Source: an uncultured Opitutales bacterium
GTDB taxonomy: Bacteria > Verrucomicrobiota > Verrucomicrobiia > Opitutales > Intestinicryptomonadaceae
DNA length: 13,879 nt
NCBI GenBank assembly: GCA_934660865.1
Contig: CAKUIA010000026.1
Coordinates: 1-13,879, forward strand
Direction of reading: 5' to 3'
Shown: positions 12,033 through 13,879 of the stretch, in pieces
How positions within the stretch are numbered: the first letter of the stretch is position 1
How the letters are laid out: the number at the start of each line of letters is the position of its first letter
Notes under the pieces: generated by a model
Seen by the model: only the letters and a program-made list of their open reading frames with translations
Told to the model about the DNA's origin: nothing
The model's database searches: none
Program-made: the position numbers and the translations under genes

Positions 12033-13508
12033 CTAAAGCGACTGTTTAGACGCCAGTATTTTGTTGATTTCAAAAACTATATCCACATTGTCGCGGTCGT
12101 ATTTTTCGTAGTCTTCGCCGAACATTTCCGAAACCGGCTTAAGCTCGTCGAACGGAACAAGGCAGGTATGCAACTTTTTTGCGGTGTCTTTGTTTTCAAC
12201 CATCATCTCGCCCGAAAGATTTAATTTGTCCCAACCGCGCGAATATAGATAGGCGCACCAGCGCAGGTGCTCGGTTCTGGTAAGCGTGTCGTACTTGGCT
12301 GGATTGTCGCGCAGCCACGCCCTGTAGGCGTTTCCGTCGGCAAATTTTCCGAAAATTTCGCGCCCTATCATTTTCACAAAACTGTAGTTAAAATCGGCAA
12401 CCGAAATGTTCGACCCCCTTTCAAAGTCGGTCATTCCTATCCAATTTTTCATTTTCATAGAATCCAGTTTTGTTTTGTTGTAATAGTCGTTTACAAAACG
12501 CCCGCCCATTGTAAAGGCGTCGGCCATTATGGCGTCTACACTATATACGCTTTTAAGACTTCCGAATGGCTGCACATTAGGCATGGAACTTTCGTCTAAA
12601 TGGGTAGTTTCCAAAAACGGCGCAACGGTTGTTTCGGCGTTGAACGACTCTACAAGGCGCTCCTGCACGCTCTTTGCAAAATCAAAAGTCGCTTTTTCGT
12701 CGTCTAGGTCTACCACAACCAAATCGTATTTGCCGAAATCCAGCTTTTGGACAAGCTCAAGCGGGTTTACCTCTATTTGCTTAAACTCCACATCGCCGAT
12801 AAAGCCCGAAAACTTTTCGCAAAAGGCCCTGCATTTTGCCGCTACCGAAACGTCGAAAACGTCAACAAAAAACCTTGCCCCCTCAAACCTGCCCTGCTCG
12901 TAGGTTTTAAGCAATGCCTCGCGGGAATTTTTTGTAAAGCCAACAACGGCCACTTTAATGTCTTTCTTTGCCCTAAGCGTGTCGCTGTCGAACTGCATTG
13001 CGTCTACAGGCCTGAATTTTTTTGAAAGCGTATACGCCGCAAGCTTCGACGGATTTACAAGCTTTACATTAAAAGTTGCAAGAATGTCGTTTTGGCACGA
13101 AATTAAAAAACGCTCTATTTCCTCCCAGTTGGGGGCTATGTACATTGAAAAATCGTCGAACGAAGCCCCGCATTTTTTTGCGGCTTTCATAATCTGCGAG
13201 GAAAGCGAGGCGTTGCGGTCGGCATTTTTAGAAATGAAAAAGAACTCGTTTTTGCCGTCCGAAAAAAAGCGTTTTATTTGGCGGTCCGAAAAAACGAATA
13301 TGTCCGAATCGAATTCTACGGTTTTTACTTTTACGCGATTTTTAAAATCGGCCCATTGAACATCGCAAAACGACTGCTTGCTGCCCAAAAACAAAATTTT
13401 TGCCGTAGAACTCGACCTACCGTATATGTCGGCGGCAAGCATTCTGTGTTCGGGATTATTGCCGAAAAAAACGTATTCGGTATCGGAATTATAAAAGGCG
13501 TTTTTCAT
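12033..13508 (-). CDS. RyR-domain protein with two degenerate Rossmann/RCK-N-like modules (491 aa)
   Basis: The C-terminal third matches the bacterial RyR-domain pattern: WIGMTDFERGSNISVADFNYSFVKMIG (W..L....SN...AD....K..G), then RTEHLRWCAYLYSRGW...KDTAKKLHTCLVPFDELKPVSEMFGEDYEKYDRDNV (EH.RW......GW....kd...K.HPcLVP(Y/F)DEL.....K..DRd.V). The N-terminal two thirds contain two strand-loop-helix starts, YVFFGNNPEHRMLAADIY and KVAVVGFTKNSREALLKTY. These resemble TrkA-N/RCK Rossmann folds but lack GxGxxG. No signal peptide or TM segment. Confidence 0.85.
   Translation of the reverse strand: MKNAFYNSDTEYVFFGNNPEHRMLAADIYGRSSSTAKILFLGSKQSFCDVQWADFKNRVKVKTVEFDSDIFVFSDRQIKRFFSDGKNEFFFISKNADRNASLSSQIMKAAKKCGASFDDFSMYIAPNWEEIERFLISCQNDILATFNVKLVNPSKLAAYTLSKKFRPVDAMQFDSDTLRAKKDIKVAVVGFTKNSREALLKTYEQGRFEGARFFVDVFDVSVAAKCRAFCEKFSGFIGDVEFKQIEVNPLELVQKLDFGKYDLVVVDLDDEKATFDFAKSVQERLVESFNAETTVAPFLETTHLDESSMPNVQPFGSLKSVYSVDAIMADAFTMGGRFVNDYYNKTKLDSMKMKNWIGMTDFERGSNISVADFNYSFVKMIGREIFGKFADGNAYRAWLRDNPAKYDTLTRTEHLRWCAYLYSRGWDKLNLSGEMMVENKDTAKKLHTCLVPFDELKPVSEMFGEDYEKYDRDNVDIVFEINKILASKQSL
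12069..12536 (-). other. RyR (ryanodine-receptor repeat)-like domain region, aa ~325-480
   Basis: Motifs as listed for the CDS. EHLRW is encoded at about 12258-12272 (ccagcgcaggtgctc on +). Boundaries are approximate. Confidence 0.7.
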
Positions 13509-13557
13509 ATTATTCGGGAACGATGGCTGTTATTTTAGCTGATAACGCGGCAAAACG

Positions 13558-13645
13558 TGAAAGAATGGAGTTTTCCCCAACCGGGCAAACCCCGCCATAT
13601 TGCATGCAACAAGTTGCATGGCACATACAAGGATTCATTCTTACA
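13558..13645 (-). promoter_or_regulatory. Nested inverted repeats in the leader/upstream region of the operon (possible structured 5' UTR or operator cluster)
   Basis: Outer 10-bp inverted repeat tgaaagaatg (13558-13567) / cattcttaca (13636-13645), 9 of 10 complementary. It encloses the small hairpin cggg-caaac-cccg (13582-13594) and an 18-bp palindrome catgcaac-aa-gttgcatg (13603-13620). It lies 50-137 nt upstream of the ATG at 13508. Confidence 0.35.
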
Positions 13646-13657
13646 AGACACCCATGT

Positions 13658-13676
13658 ATAGTATTAAGAATACGAT
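13658..13676. repeat. Left copy of a 19-nt inverted repeat pair (atagtattaagaatacgat)
   Basis: 18 of 19 nt identical to the reverse complement of 13825-13843. Each copy is also internally palindromic (cgtatt-N3-aatacg). Confidence 0.7.
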
Positions 13677-13824
13677 ACTTGGCTAGCATTCCCCAACAGG
13701 CTTATTCTCAATATGATAAGAACATATCGTTAAAAATACACAAAACGCCAATCTCTAAAACACATAAGTACAAATCAATTCCCTTCTTTTTTTATTTCAA
13801 GCAGTTGAAAAATTAAATTTGACA

Positions 13825-13843
13825 ATCGTATTCTTAATACGAT
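13825..13843. repeat. Right copy of the 19-nt inverted repeat pair (atcgtattcttaatacgat)
   Basis: Its reverse complement atcgtattaagaatacgat matches 13658-13676 at 18 of 19 positions. The asymmetric central triplet (ctt versus aag) is inverted between the copies. TTGACA (13819-13824) abuts it on the + strand. Confidence 0.7.
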
Positions 13844-13879
13844 GAACACGGAATACATTTCAGCTAGAAAAATTTTGAC

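Noticed and set aside
11990-12073. Upstream start (ATG at 12073) for the PEP-CTERM protein, giving 1179 aa
   Set aside because: The extra 28 residues (MKSTKYWRLNSRFSSALLPEKSFIDRNR) would bury the signal peptide and overlap the 3' end of the upstream gene by 41 nt. The ATG at 11989 gives a canonical MKK-hydrophobic-AQA signal peptide. It is kept as an alternative only.
13523-13816. 97-aa plus-strand ORF in the region upstream of the operon
   Set aside because: No recognisable motifs and a low-complexity K/I/F/Y-rich tail. It spans the inverted repeats and AT-rich sequence expected of a regulatory region. It is most likely a chance ORF.

Overview
The left third of the window is housekeeping. 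It holds a tmRNA gene (ssrA, minus strand, 237-588), a 1180-aa pyruvate:ferredoxin/flavodoxin oxidoreductase (783-4325, +) with its own hairpin terminator, and an aldo/keto reductase (4585-5454, +). None of the five CDSs has a clear Shine-Dalgarno sequence. PFOR suggests an anaerobe; the missing SD sequences suggest an FCB-group-like lineage. The right two thirds (5542-13508, minus strand) is a tightly packed three-gene operon that I cannot assign to any described system. Gene 1 encodes a 491-aa cytoplasmic protein with two degenerate Rossmann/RCK-like modules and a C-terminal RyR (ryanodine-receptor repeat)-like domain. Gene 2 encodes an exported protein of about 1150 aa with a signal peptide, an S/T/D/G-rich linker, canonical pentapeptide repeats, about 12 copies of an unrecognised ~32-aa repeat, and a C-terminal PEP-CTERM sorting signal. 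Gene 3 encodes a 996-aa protein whose ATG lies 1 nt after the gene 2 stop. It has an N-terminal TIR domain with the SxWCxxE glutamate retained, one transmembrane helix, 12 in-register SExxAxx heptads and 15 x 42-aa KLC-type TPR units. Charge distribution predicts the TIR domain is cytoplasmic and the coiled coil plus TPR solenoid is extracytoplasmic. That gives Toll-like-receptor logic without any STAND NTPase, SIR2, pAgo, STING or CD-NTase partner. The operon ends at a bidirectional terminator shared with the convergent reductase gene. It is preceded by a 370-bp AT-rich region with nested inverted repeats and a pair of 19-nt inverted repeats. All domain calls come from reading motifs by eye; no searches, structure predictions or composition statistics were run.
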